Shown: positions 7,704 through 17,343 of the stretch, piece by piece
How the letters are laid out: every line of letters begins with the position of its first letter
Position numbering within the stretch: position 1 is the first letter of the stretch
Origin: Bacteroidaceae bacterium
GTDB taxonomy: Bacteria; Bacteroidota; Bacteroidia; Bacteroidales; Bacteroidaceae
NCBI GenBank assembly: GCA_017651505.1
Contig: JAGCCV010000022.1
Location: 1-55,675, forward strand
Length of the DNA: 55,675 nucleotides
Direction: 5' to 3'
Position numbers and translations under genes: made by a program
The notes under the pieces: generated by a model
Told to the model about the DNA's origin: nothing
Database searches by the model: none
The model's input: the letters and a program-made list of their open reading frames with translations, nothing else

Positions 7704-9704
7704 ATGAGACTTTTTTTTAGTTTGATTATGATGGCATATATGATGACAGCATGTGAAGACCATTCGGTGGTGGAATATGATAATGTTGAGGATTATCCTG
7801 TGAGGAAAGGTAGTCTGTCTGAGATGGAATATACGCCTGGTGGTGCCAGCTTCCATCTGTGGAGTCCGATTGCCGATGAGGTAAGACTGATGTTGTACAA
7901 CGAGGCGGAAGGTGGGCATCCAAGTGAGATGCATCACATGAAGTTGGGTGACGACGGCACCTGGAACGTAAAGGTGACTGGAGACCTGAAGGGTAAGTTC
8001 TATACTTTCAATGTGAAGATGAATGATGAATGGCTGGGCGATACGCCAGGATTGTTTGCCAAAGCAGTAGGCATCAATGGCAATCGTGCCGCGATTATCG
8101 ATATGGCAGAGACCAACCCAACAGGTTGGGAGAACGACCAGAAACCTGCGATGAGAAGTTCTGCTGATGCTGTGGTATATGAGATGCATTACCGCGATTT
8201 TTCCATTGATGCCAGTTCGGGCATCCAGCACAAAGGGCAGTTCTTGGCATTGACGGAGCAAAATACCCAGAGCCCGGAGGGGTTCGCTACAGGCATCGAC
8301 CACCTCAAGGAGTTGGGTGTAACCCATGTACATCTGTTACCTTCTTTCGACTATGCTACCATAGACGAACATTCTTTCAAAGATGCCCATTATAACTGGG
8401 GATATGATCCGAAGAACTATAACGTGCCTGACGGTTCGTATTCTACTGACCCTACGAAGCCAGAGACCCGCATCAAGGAGTTCAAGCAGATGGTACAAGC
8501 CTTGCACCAGGCTGGCATCCGTGTGGTGCTGGATGTGGTGTATAACCATACCTATAACGCTGCTGCCAGCGTTTTTGAGAAAACGGTGCCAGGCTATTTC
8601 TACCGTATGAATGCTGATGGCACCTTTGCCAACGGTTCGGGATGTGGAAATGAGACAGCCAGCAACCGTCCGATGATGCGCAAGTTCATGGTGGAGAGTG
8701 TGCTGTACTGGATGCGTGAATATCACATTGATGGTTTTCGTTTTGACCTCATGGGTATTCATGACATCGTTACCATGAACGAGATACGCCAAGAGGCACA
8801 GAAGCTCGATCCGCAAGTATTGATATATGGTGAAGGCTGGGCTGCAGAGACTCCTCTCTATGCTGCCGACTCATTGGCAATGAAGGCCAATATAGCTCGT
8901 TTGCCTGGCATTGCCGCATTCAGTGATGAAATGCGTGACGGCTTGCGTGGTCCTTGGAATGATGACAAGGAAGGAGCTTTCCTTGCAGGTTTGCCTGGGC
9001 ATGAGGAAAGCATTAAGTTTGGCATTGTGGGTGCCATCAACCACCCGCAGGTAAAGATGGATGAGGTGAATTATAGTGACAAGGCGTGGGCAATGGATCC
9101 TGTGCAGATGATGAGCTATGTGAGTTGTCACGATGATATGTGTCTGGTGGATAGATTGCGTACTTCTGTGACCGACCTAAAGGGCAATGACTTGGAGAAA
9201 CTTGATATGTTGGCACAGACGGCTGTACTGACTTCACAAGGCATCCCTTTCATCTTTGCGGGTGAGGAGGTGATGCGCGATAAAAAATTTGTGCACAATA
9301 GTTTTGATAGTCCTGATAGTGTGAATGCCATCAACTGGCACAACAAGGCAAAGTATCAGTGGGTGTACAACTATTATAAAGGTATGATTGCCCTGCGCAA
9401 GCATCATCCAGCCTTTCGTTTAGGCAGTGCCCAACTGGTGCGTCAGCACTTGGAATTCATCCCTGTTGAAGGAAATGGAGTGGTGGCTTTTCGTTTGAAG
9501 GATCATGCTGGTGGTGATATTTGGAACAATATCATCGTAATACTGAATGCTCGCCGTGAAGTAGCCATAATCGAGGTGCCTGAAGGTCGCTACATGGCAG
9601 TGGTGAAGGATGGTTGGGTAAACGAGAGTGGTTTGGGCTTTCTCTATGGTCCTACTTTGTCAGTTGCCCCCGAGAGTGCTTTAATAGTATATCAGAATGA
9701 GTAG
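7704..9704 (+). CDS. pulA: type I pullulanase (GH13), probably a lipoprotein
   Basis: YNWGYDP, VVLDVVYNHT, DGFRFDLMG, YGEGW, YVSCHDD, SQGIPF; N-terminal signal ending MTAC. Confidence 0.93.
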   Translation: MRLFFSLIMMAYMMTACEDHSVVEYDNVEDYPVRKGSLSEMEYTPGGASFHLWSPIADEVRLMLYNEAEGGHPSEMHHMKLGDDGTWNVKVTGDLKGKFYTFNVKMNDEWLGDTPGLFAKAVGINGNRAAIIDMAETNPTGWENDQKPAMRSSADAVVYEMHYRDFSIDASSGIQHKGQFLALTEQNTQSPEGFATGIDHLKELGVTHVHLLPSFDYATIDEHSFKDAHYNWGYDPKNYNVPDGSYSTDPTKPETRIKEFKQMVQALHQAGIRVVLDVVYNHTYNAAASVFEKTVPGYFYRMNADGTFANGSGCGNETASNRPMMRKFMVESVLYWMREYHIDGFRFDLMGIHDIVTMNEIRQEAQKLDPQVLIYGEGWAAETPLYAADSLAMKANIARLPGIAAFSDEMRDGLRGPWNDDKEGAFLAGLPGHEESIKFGIVGAINHPQVKMDEVNYSDKAWAMDPVQMMSYVSCHDDMCLVDRLRTSVTDLKGNDLEKLDMLAQTAVLTSQGIPFIFAGEEVMRDKKFVHNSFDSPDSVNAINWHNKAKYQWVYNYYKGMIALRKHHPAFRLGSAQLVRQHLEFIPVEGNGVVAFRLKDHAGGDIWNNIIVILNARREVAIIEVPEGRYMAVVKDGWVNESGLGFLYGPTLSVAPESALIVYQNE

Positions 9705-11283
9705 TGTGAAAGCGATAGTTAAGAATAATGGCAGGTTCTCTTCGTTCGTCGATAGTCCTTGTACTATCAAACTGACGGAGGTGATGCCCCGCATACCTGA
9801 CGTGCGGATGGCAGAGCCTGTCTCTTTGGAAATCAGGAAAGGTGAACAATTGGCGATAGTGGGGGAGAACGGAGCTGGAAAGAGTAGGCTGGTAGATTTG
9901 CTGATGGGGAAATACCCTTTACAACGAGGCTCGTTGGAGTATGATTTCTCACCCTCGCTTTGGAAAGAGGCATACAAGAATATCAGGCACATCAGCTTCC
10001 GAGATACTTTCGGCAGTTCCGATACCAATTATTATTATCAACAGCGTTGGAACTCCACCGATTTGGACGAAGTGCCATTGGTTCGTGATTTGCTGGATAT
10101 TGACAAAAGCTTGCCAGACAAAGCCTTAGTGACCAATTCATTATTCAATGCTCAATTAATGAAGTTGTTTCAGATTGACGAGATGCTGGATAAACCCATT
10201 ATCTTGCTGAGCAGTGGTGAGATGCGGAAGTTTCAGTTGACCAAGATACTGCTCACTCAACCTCGTATTCTGATACTGGACAATCCCTATATAGGACTGG
10301 ATGCCGCAACCCGCGACTTGCTGACCGACTTACTGCGACAATTGGCAGGGCAGGGCATCCAACTGATACTGGTGATGAGCATGATGGACAGTATTCCTGA
10401 TTTCATCACCCATGTAGTGGTAGTTAAGGACATGAGGATTGCCGGCAAGATGACCTTGACGGAATACAACCCATGGTTCAAACAGGAATATCAGCATCGT
10501 CCAGAAGAAGACATCAAACTGCCTGATAAGTCTCACCGGTGCCAAACAGACTTGGGCTATTCAGAGTTGCGACAGAAGAGTATTGAAGCTCAATTAAACG
10601 AAGTGAATGATGGTCAATCAGAGATTGTCAGGTTAAATAAAGTCAGCATCCGCTATGGTACCCGAACTATCCTGAAAGACCTCAATTGGGTGGTGCGGAA
10701 AGGTGAAAAATGGGCATTGAGTGGCGAGAATGGCTGTGGCAAATCTACCCTGCTAAGCATCATTTGTGCAGATAATCCACAGAGCTATGCCTGCGACGTG
10801 AGTCTGTTTGGCAGAAAACGAGGTTCTGGCGAAAGCATCTGGGACATCAAGAAGCATATTGGCTATGTGAGTCCGGAGATGCATCGTGCTTACTTGAAAA
10901 ACCTGCCAGCCATTGATATCGTGGCCAGCGGGTTACACGACTCGATAGGATTGTATGTACGCCCCAAACCAGAACAGCGTGAGGTATGCCTGCAATGGAT
11001 GGGGACGTTTGGTATTGCTCATTTGGCAGACCGACTTTTCTTGCAGATGAGTGATGGCGAACAGCGTTTGGTACTGTTGGCAAGGGCGTTTGTGAAAGAC
11101 CCCGAATTGCTGATTCTTGATGAGCCGTTGCATGGATTGGATACTTTCAATCGTCGTAAGGTAAAACACATCATCAATTCTTTCTGTGCCCATCCTGATA
11201 AAACGCTGATGATGGTGAGTCACTTTGAGAGCGAGTTACCATCGTGCATAGACCATCGCTTACAATTAAAGAAAATAGTTTGA
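9697..11283 (+). CDS. ModF-like double-domain ABC ATP-binding protein
   Basis: Two NBDs: GENGAGKS/LSSGE/ILILDNP and GENGCGKST/MSDGE/LLILDEP; GSGESIWDIKKHIGYVSPE typical of the ModF family; start uncertain. Confidence 0.85.
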   Translation: MSSVKAIVKNNGRFSSFVDSPCTIKLTEVMPRIPDVRMAEPVSLEIRKGEQLAIVGENGAGKSRLVDLLMGKYPLQRGSLEYDFSPSLWKEAYKNIRHISFRDTFGSSDTNYYYQQRWNSTDLDEVPLVRDLLDIDKSLPDKALVTNSLFNAQLMKLFQIDEMLDKPIILLSSGEMRKFQLTKILLTQPRILILDNPYIGLDAATRDLLTDLLRQLAGQGIQLILVMSMMDSIPDFITHVVVVKDMRIAGKMTLTEYNPWFKQEYQHRPEEDIKLPDKSHRCQTDLGYSELRQKSIEAQLNEVNDGQSEIVRLNKVSIRYGTRTILKDLNWVVRKGEKWALSGENGCGKSTLLSIICADNPQSYACDVSLFGRKRGSGESIWDIKKHIGYVSPEMHRAYLKNLPAIDIVASGLHDSIGLYVRPKPEQREVCLQWMGTFGIAHLADRLFLQMSDGEQRLVLLARAFVKDPELLILDEPLHGLDTFNRRKVKHIINSFCAHPDKTLMMVSHFESELPSCIDHRLQLKKIV

Positions 11284-11304
11284 TTCTCAATTCTCATTTT
11301 ACAC

Positions 11305-11961
11305 ATGGATTACTTGATCAACATAGATTCAGACTTGCTTTTATGGCTCAATGGAGCACACAATGCGTTTTTTGATACATTTATGATGCTCTTCACGGGC
11401 AAGTTCATTTGGGTGCCCATGTATCTGGCACTGACCTATGTGTTGTTTCGCAACATGACACCCAAGCAAGCCCTGATGTGCCTTGTGGCCATAGCACTTG
11501 TCATTGTCATTGCCGATCAGATGAGTTCTTCCCTTATACGTCATTCGGTAGGCCGTTTGCGTCCTGCTAACTTGGAGAACCCAATCAGCAACATGGTGCA
11601 TATCGTAGATGGCTATCGAGGGGGGCGATACGGTTTCCCCAGCAGTCATGCCGCCAACTCATTCGGCTTGGCGTTTTTCCTCTTGTACTTGCTCAAGAGA
11701 AGCCCGATACCTACTTTTATCATATTGTGGGCCATCGTTAATTGCTATTCACGCATCTACTTAGGAGTACATTACCCAGGCGACATCCTGTGTGGCACGT
11801 TGGTGGGCTTGGTGGCTGCTACTGTGGTATGGTTCATCTATAAGAAACTGACCAGACAGACGTACCTGTATGAAGTGAGGCAATGGTGGGTGCCAGTTGT
11901 GGTGGGATTACTCACTATTATAGGTATATCGCTTTATTCTTACTATGTGATTAATTATTAA
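11305..11961 (+). CDS. membrane PAP2-family phosphatase (LpxF-like lipid A phosphatase candidate)
   Basis: RLRP, FPSSHA, SRIYLGVHYPGD motifs with several TM segments. Confidence 0.85.
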   Translation: MDYLINIDSDLLLWLNGAHNAFFDTFMMLFTGKFIWVPMYLALTYVLFRNMTPKQALMCLVAIALVIVIADQMSSSLIRHSVGRLRPANLENPISNMVHIVDGYRGGRYGFPSSHAANSFGLAFFLLYLLKRSPIPTFIILWAIVNCYSRIYLGVHYPGDILCGTLVGLVAATVVWFIYKKLTRQTYLYEVRQWWVPVVVGLLTIIGISLYSYYVINY

Positions 11962-11972
11962 GACTATATGTT

Positions 11973-12785
11973 ATGAAGAAATTTCTCATTTTCGCAGCAT
12001 TGATGATAGCTGCAACGAATGTAATGGCACAAGATGCCGCTTCAAAAGCCCGTGCTGGTGTATATGACCGCTCAACAATGCCTCAATACTTCTTCTTAGA
12101 AGAAAAAGATGTACCCAGCAGTGTTTATCTGTTGCCCCCTCCTCCCGAACCAGGTAGTGCCAAGTTTGCCGTTGACGAAGGTCGTTTCAACTGGGGACGT
12201 TTCCAGCGTTTGCGTCCACGTGGCAAACAGGCCATTACCGATGCAGATGTAACTCCTAAGGGTGTGGCAGCGTCTTTCAGCGAAGCATTCGGCATTGAAC
12301 TCAACGAAGAGAATACCCCTGAAATCTATAAGCTGATGACTAACATGAACGGTGATGCTGGTGTGTTGAGTGGTGGTCAGGCTAAGGTGTATTACCAGCG
12401 CATGCGTCCGTTTGTGTATTTCGGCATCGGTACCAGTGTGCCGGAAGATGAGGCTGCTTTGGTAAACAACGGTTCTTATCCTTCAGGACATACTGCCATT
12501 GGTTGGGCTACCGCCTTGGTGCTGGCTGAAATCAATGTGGATCATCAGAACGAAATCTTGAAGCGTGGCTATGAGATGGGTGAGAGCCGTGTCATTGCTG
12601 GTTATCACTACCAGAGTGATGTGGATAATGGTCGTATCGTAGCTGCTGCTTTGGTGGCACGCCTTCATGCTGACGAAGGTTTCCAGAAGCAGTTGGAAAA
12701 GGCAAAGAAAGAGTTTGTCAAACTGAAAAAAGAAGGAAAAATAGCTCCATCCGTCTTCTCTTTCAACCCCGCTGAATTGAATTGA
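11973..12785 (+). CDS. secreted class A non-specific acid phosphatase (PhoC/PhoN-like, PAP2 superfamily)
   Basis: Signal peptide; LLPPPP, KVYYQRMRP, SYPSGHT, SRVIAGYHYQSDV. Confidence 0.9.
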   Translation: MKKFLIFAALMIAATNVMAQDAASKARAGVYDRSTMPQYFFLEEKDVPSSVYLLPPPPEPGSAKFAVDEGRFNWGRFQRLRPRGKQAITDADVTPKGVAASFSEAFGIELNEENTPEIYKLMTNMNGDAGVLSGGQAKVYYQRMRPFVYFGIGTSVPEDEAALVNNGSYPSGHTAIGWATALVLAEINVDHQNEILKRGYEMGESRVIAGYHYQSDVDNGRIVAAALVARLHADEGFQKQLEKAKKEFVKLKKEGKIAPSVFSFNPAELN

Positions 12786-12890
12786 TTATTTAGGTAACAT
12801 TATCTCCTTCCAACTTAGACGTACTTCCAATTTAAGTCATGGGAAGAGTTTCGGAAGGGCGAAGGAGTATGATACTAAAACTTTATTATT

Positions 12891-14405
12891 ATGAAAATTT
12901 TCCCTACATCATCCATCAAAACGCTCGATGCCTATACCATTGAGCACGAGCCTATAGCCTCTATCGACTTGATGGAGCGAGCTGCACAGGCTATTGCCAA
13001 TGAACTGATGAGTCAGTGGCCCTATAAGGACGACACCCGTTTTGTTTTCTTTGCAGGACCAGGCAATAACGGTGGTGATGCGTTGGCAGTGGCTCGTCTG
13101 CTGGTTAATAACGACTATCATCCAGAAGTTTATCTGTTCAATACCACAGGCAAATTATCACCTGATTGTGAGGTCAATCGAGACAGATTGACCGACATTG
13201 ATGGCGTAGATTTCCACGAGGTGATTACCCAGTTTACGCCTCCCAAACTCACAGAAGACGATGTGATTATCGATGGCTTGTTTGGTAGTGGGCTGAACAA
13301 ACCCCTGAGTGGGGGCTTTGCCACGTTGGTGAAGTTTATCAATGGTGCTGGTGCTACTATAGTCAGCATTGATATCCCTAGTGGCTTGATGGGAGAGGAC
13401 AATAGCAGTCACAACAAGGAGGCTGTTGTAAAAGCCGACTATACCCTGACCTTGCAGTTTCCTAAGTTGGCTTTCCTCTTTGCTGAGAACGAGGCATATG
13501 TAGGTGCATGGAAGGTGCTCGACATTGGTTTGAGCAAAGAGGCCATCCGTTTGACAGAAACACCGTACGAAATGGGGGATGTCAGCAAAATGAGGTATCA
13601 GCTCAAGATTCGCAATCGTTTCTCTCATAAAGGCGATTTTGGCAGGGCGTTGCTTGTGGCGGGTCAACAAGGTATGGCAGGAGCTTCTGTACTCGCTGCA
13701 CGTGCTTGTTTGCGTTCAGGTGTAGGACTGCTCACCGTGCATGTGCCTTTGTGCAACAATACTATTGTGCAGACTTCCGTGCCAGAGGCGATGACCTCTT
13801 TGGATATCAATGAGTGTTGCTTTACCGAAACACCTGATTTGGAGCCTTATCAGGCTATAGGTATAGGGCCTGGCTTGGGTAAGTCGGATGCTACCCGACA
13901 AGCCCTTTATTATCTGCTTTCCCATAGTAATGTGCCTATGGTGCTGGATGCGGATGCGTTGAACCTGATAGGGGAGAATCATAGTTACCTGCGTCGCTTG
14001 CCAAAGGGCAGTATCATCACACCACATCCTGGTGAGATGGATCGTCTGGTAGGTAAGTGTGCCGACTCTTACGAACGATTGACAAAAGCCATTAATCTGG
14101 CGCAGACCTGTGGCGTACATGTGGTACTGAAAGGCGCATATACAACTGTCATCTCGACCGATGGCAGATGCTGGTTCAACGTAACGGGCAACCCTGGGAT
14201 GGCTACCGGAGGTTGTGGCGACGTGCTTACAGGCATCATCTTGTCACTGCTGGCGCAAGGCTACGATGCATATGTCGCAGCTAAGATGGGGGTATATATA
14301 CATGGTTTGGCAGGCGATGTCGCTGCACGTGAAAAAGGCGAGATAGCTCTCACTGCCACTGATGTAGTGAACTGTCTGCACAATGCTTGGAAAGCGTTGG
14401 AATAA
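12891..14405 (+). CDS. nnr: bifunctional NAD(P)H-hydrate epimerase/dehydratase (YjeF)
   Basis: LMERAA, GPGNNGGDAL, IIDGLFGSGL, SIDIPSG; HKGDFG, GIGPGLG, VLDADAL, TPHPGE, VLKG, GNPGMATGGCGDVLTG. Confidence 0.96.
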   Translation: MKIFPTSSIKTLDAYTIEHEPIASIDLMERAAQAIANELMSQWPYKDDTRFVFFAGPGNNGGDALAVARLLVNNDYHPEVYLFNTTGKLSPDCEVNRDRLTDIDGVDFHEVITQFTPPKLTEDDVIIDGLFGSGLNKPLSGGFATLVKFINGAGATIVSIDIPSGLMGEDNSSHNKEAVVKADYTLTLQFPKLAFLFAENEAYVGAWKVLDIGLSKEAIRLTETPYEMGDVSKMRYQLKIRNRFSHKGDFGRALLVAGQQGMAGASVLAARACLRSGVGLLTVHVPLCNNTIVQTSVPEAMTSLDINECCFTETPDLEPYQAIGIGPGLGKSDATRQALYYLLSHSNVPMVLDADALNLIGENHSYLRRLPKGSIITPHPGEMDRLVGKCADSYERLTKAINLAQTCGVHVVLKGAYTTVISTDGRCWFNVTGNPGMATGGCGDVLTGIILSLLAQGYDAYVAAKMGVYIHGLAGDVAAREKGEIALTATDVVNCLHNAWKALE

Positions 14406-14425
14406 ACAGTTTTAACTGGGAATAA

Positions 14426-14470
14426 TGCCCCCCCCAAAAAAAAGCTTGCTACTTTTGGGGGGCACTTTTT
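14426..14470. terminator. bidirectional terminator between convergent genes
   Basis: tgccccccccaaaa...ttttggggggca stem followed by cttttt. Confidence 0.75.
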
Positions 14471-14504
14471 GTTTGCTACAATATTTCTTTATAAGAGGGG
14501 ATGT

Positions 14505-14933
14505 TTAATCGTCAAGTTCAATCATCTTGAAACGCTTGTTAAACTTCATTTCCATGCCATTGTTCAGTTTCACTTCATAATTCTTACGTACACGTTCAAT
14601 CTTGATGATAGTGGCAGTGGAGAAAGTCTGCTGCACCATTGCCCTGATTTGTTCAGGAATGAGAGCGGTAGGAACAGGCGACAGATTGCAGTCGAATTCT
14701 GTCCATTCACCCTTCTTATTGAATTCCGCTTTCTCACCACTCTGGTACACCACCTTATATTCTTTGCCTTCCATGGTAACAACTGCAGGTACCTTATCGG
14801 CGAAATGTTGCTTTAGAACAGTCTGAGCTTGCATAGGCAACTGGTTAAAAGTAATCACTTTAAGATTGTCGGCCATTATTGACATACACATGGTCAGTAC
14901 AAAGGTCAGCATCAATCCAATTATCTTTTTCAT
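14505..14933 (-). CDS. PepSY-like / BLIP-like periplasmic protein (DUF2874 type)
   Basis: Signal peptide; QLP..AQ..LKQHF, Y.V....G.K.EFNKKGEW..DC; second repeat YEVKLNNGMEMKFNK. Confidence 0.85.
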   Translation of the reverse strand: MKKIIGLMLTFVLTMCMSIMADNLKVITFNQLPMQAQTVLKQHFADKVPAVVTMEGKEYKVVYQSGEKAEFNKKGEWTEFDCNLSPVPTALIPEQIRAMVQQTFSTATIIKIERVRKNYEVKLNNGMEMKFNKRFKMIELDD

Positions 14934-14967
14934 AAATGGTAATTATTAATTATTATTCTTTTTATAG

Positions 14968-15633
14968 TCATCTCGCTGTAATATGGAAGCATCCCTGCTT
15001 GCGCTCATACTTAATGTAGCAGCGTTTGGCAAGACGTACATCGCGAAGTACCTCACTCAGTACCATCTTCAGCGTGTCGGAACTCACCTCCTGCATGGGT
15101 CTGCCACCTTTGCCAAGCACCTGCTCGAAGGTCTTCCAGCTGACATCGAAAGTAGTACCATAGCAATGTGTTGAGTTTGCTGTCGCGTTGATATTGCTTT
15201 TCGACAACTGTTGTTGTTGCTCCATAGAACGTGTTGCCGATGTAATCACGATGCGATAGGGGTTCAGTCCTTTGTTTGATAATGAGTCGAGGAAATTGGC
15301 ACCAATATCATCAATCAGCTTTGCTGCCTGAGGCACCATATAAGGCACCGAGTGCGTCAACTTATCCAGTTTATAGTGCTCGTTGCTCTCTATAAGCTGA
15401 AATTGTTTGATGTTGACAGCATCCTCGGCATTCTTGAAAGGCTTCACGCCAATGGCTCTTGCTGCTGATAGTTGTGTGTCGTTGTCATCTGGGAAGTCGC
15501 GTTGGTAACTGATGACACCTCTGATGTTATGCGGTTCGTTCATTATCATCGACATGTCTTTTTCCTTACAGCCGCCCAACAGACAAATGCCTGCCAACAA
15601 TATGATAATTGGACTGATTTGTGATATTTTCAT
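14968..15633 (-). CDS. DUF5715-like lipoprotein, probable M15-type Zn peptidase fold
   Basis: Lipobox LGGC; LTHSVPY, ITSATRS..QQ..L...N.NA, STHCYGTTFD, YERKQGCFHITAR. Confidence 0.75.
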   Translation of the reverse strand: MKISQISPIIILLAGICLLGGCKEKDMSMIMNEPHNIRGVISYQRDFPDDNDTQLSAARAIGVKPFKNAEDAVNIKQFQLIESNEHYKLDKLTHSVPYMVPQAAKLIDDIGANFLDSLSNKGLNPYRIVITSATRSMEQQQQLSKSNINATANSTHCYGTTFDVSWKTFEQVLGKGGRPMQEVSSDTLKMVLSEVLRDVRLAKRCYIKYERKQGCFHITAR

Positions 15634-15681
15634 AAATTTATTTTAAATTTGCGGTGTAAAGATACTATATTTATTTGAGAA

Positions 15682-16431
15682 ATGCAACGATACTTCATGT
15701 TTCTGGCTTACGATGGCACACGTTATCACGGTTGGCAGATACAGCCCAACGGCGATAGTGTGCAGCAACAACTTATGAATGCGTTGCAAACCCTGTTGCG
15801 TCGTGAGGTAGTGGAGGTTACTGGGGCAGGGCGTACAGATGCTGGCGTACATGCCAAGTTGATGGTAGCCCATTTCGACCACGATGAGCCTATCGGATGT
15901 ACTCTGCTTGTCGAAAAACTTAATCGAATATTGCCTCCTGATATCAGTGTTTTTAAGGTTGAACCCGTGGATGCTGAGATGCATGCTCGTTTCAGTGCTA
16001 AGTCACGACGCTACGAGTACTATGTCACCACAGCCAAAAGTCCCTTCATGCGTCAATATCGCTACAAGTTGCACAAGGTACCCGATTTCAAGTTGATGAA
16101 CCAAGCTGCCAATATGTTGCGAGAGGTGGACGACTTTACAAGTTTCAGCAAGTTGCATACCGATGTAAAGACCAATATCTGTCATGTTTCACTCGCAGAG
16201 TGGAGTCAGGTTGATGATGTAACGTGGGTGTTCAACATTCAGGCCGACCGCTTCTTGCGTAATATGGTACGAGCCATTGTCGGTACCCTTTTGGAGGTAG
16301 GCTATGGCAAGCTCACCTTGTACGACTTCCTGCAAGTCATTTTGCAGAAAGACCGCTGTTCTGCTGGTATGTCTGTCCCCGCTCAAGGCCTCTTCCTGGC
16401 GGATATTCAGTATGGGAATAATACCCTATAG
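15682..16431 (+). CDS. truA: tRNA pseudouridine(38-40) synthase
   Basis: [52 protein letters not shown]. Confidence 0.98.
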   Translation: MQRYFMFLAYDGTRYHGWQIQPNGDSVQQQLMNALQTLLRREVVEVTGAGRTDAGVHAKLMVAHFDHDEPIGCTLLVEKLNRILPPDISVFKVEPVDAEMHARFSAKSRRYEYYVTTAKSPFMRQYRYKLHKVPDFKLMNQAANMLREVDDFTSFSKLHTDVKTNICHVSLAEWSQVDDVTWVFNIQADRFLRNMVRAIVGTLLEVGYGKLTLYDFLQVILQKDRCSAGMSVPAQGLFLADIQYGNNTL

Positions 16432-16507
16432 CCTTATCTTAAAAGTTGGCCATAGTATAACTTTTTGCGTCCGGCGCAGTATTTGGCAAGAATGAAAGGA
16501 GGCGGAT

Positions 16508-16816
16508 TCAGTCATAATACTCAATGTTTAGTTCCTCACTGACTTCAAAATCGTTGTGAAAGCCATCATAATACTTGTATATAATGCGCATACATTGATA
16601 GGCGGAGGGAACCTTAAGCGTATCTAACAGGTGCCAGCGGGGAGGACCATAATCGTAGGATTCCCTGTCGAGGATGATGACGTGGGAAACGTAATCGAAG
16701 TAATAGTAACCACCACCAATGCACTGGTCACCTGGCATCAGCAAGTGCTTATGCAGGTTGACCATGCCGAGACGGAGATAGCCGTCCATGGTGATGACAA
16801 ACTTGGGCTGTGTCAT
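16508..16816 (-). CDS. hypothetical protein with Janus/Ocnus (PHPT1)-like motif order
   Basis: 102-aa ORF with AT-rich upstream region; KFVI..LRLG..LHKHL..CIGGG..IILDRESYDYGP. Confidence 0.65.
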   Translation of the reverse strand: MTQPKFVITMDGYLRLGMVNLHKHLLMPGDQCIGGGYYYFDYVSHVIILDRESYDYGPPRWHLLDTLKVPSAYQCMRIIYKYYDGFHNDFEVSEELNIEYYD

Positions 16817-16923
16817 AAATAATATTATATGTGATTGTCTGTATCCCCATCAAAGAGCTATTCCTCCAGATCGGTTATTTCTCGTTTGGTACTTCTGTAG
16901 AGTGACAATTTAGTAATACAGAA

Positions 16924-17229
16924 TCAGATTCTCTCTCTAATGATTTCTTTGTCGAAAATGACAACATTCATCTGCTCCACTTCTATTTGTTCCCAGACAT
17001 GTTCTACCACGTAGGGCTCATTTGACAGATATTCGTCCAGCTGTTCGCGAGTCTCGAATTCCATGACAAGCAAGGATCCCATCATCTTTCCGTCATTATC
17101 GAGCATGCCTCCTGCACAGAGGATGTGCTCTTTCATTTTCTCCATGCCTTCAAAATGACGACGGCGAACTTCCATTCTCTTATCCAACTTTCCTTTACCA
17201 TCGTAAGCTTTAATCACAAATTGTTTCAT
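16924..17229 (-). CDS. YciI family protein
   Basis: D......R...R..H, AGG.L...GKM.GSLLV.EF, EPYVVEHVW. Confidence 0.88.
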   Translation of the reverse strand: MKQFVIKAYDGKGKLDKRMEVRRRHFEGMEKMKEHILCAGGMLDNDGKMMGSLLVMEFETREQLDEYLSNEPYVVEHVWEQIEVEQMNVVIFDKEIIRERI

Positions 17230-17259
17230 CTCTTCAATGTTTTTTGATAATTATATTTG

Positions 17260-17338
17260 CAAAGATAGTACATTTATGTCATTTTTCCTCATTTCAGTAT
17301 GTGATAGACTAAGTTGAGAAAAAAAATGATTATCTTTG
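17260..17338. promoter_or_regulatory. divergent -7 promoter elements (YciI and Rid-like gene)
   Basis: TATCTTTG on minus (17260-17267) and on plus (17331-17338). Confidence 0.6.
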
Positions 17339-17343
17339 CAGCC

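Noticed and set aside
7683-8816. Long antisense ORFs (216 and 159 aa) opposite pulA, and similar ones such as 40321..41085 and 1904..2503
   Set aside because: In-register shadows of well-supported genes with no motifs of their own
12804-12867. Inverted repeat ctccttc...gaaggag between the acid phosphatase and nnr
   Set aside because: Short stem with a long imperfect interior and no U-tract; cannot be supported as a terminator or ncRNA
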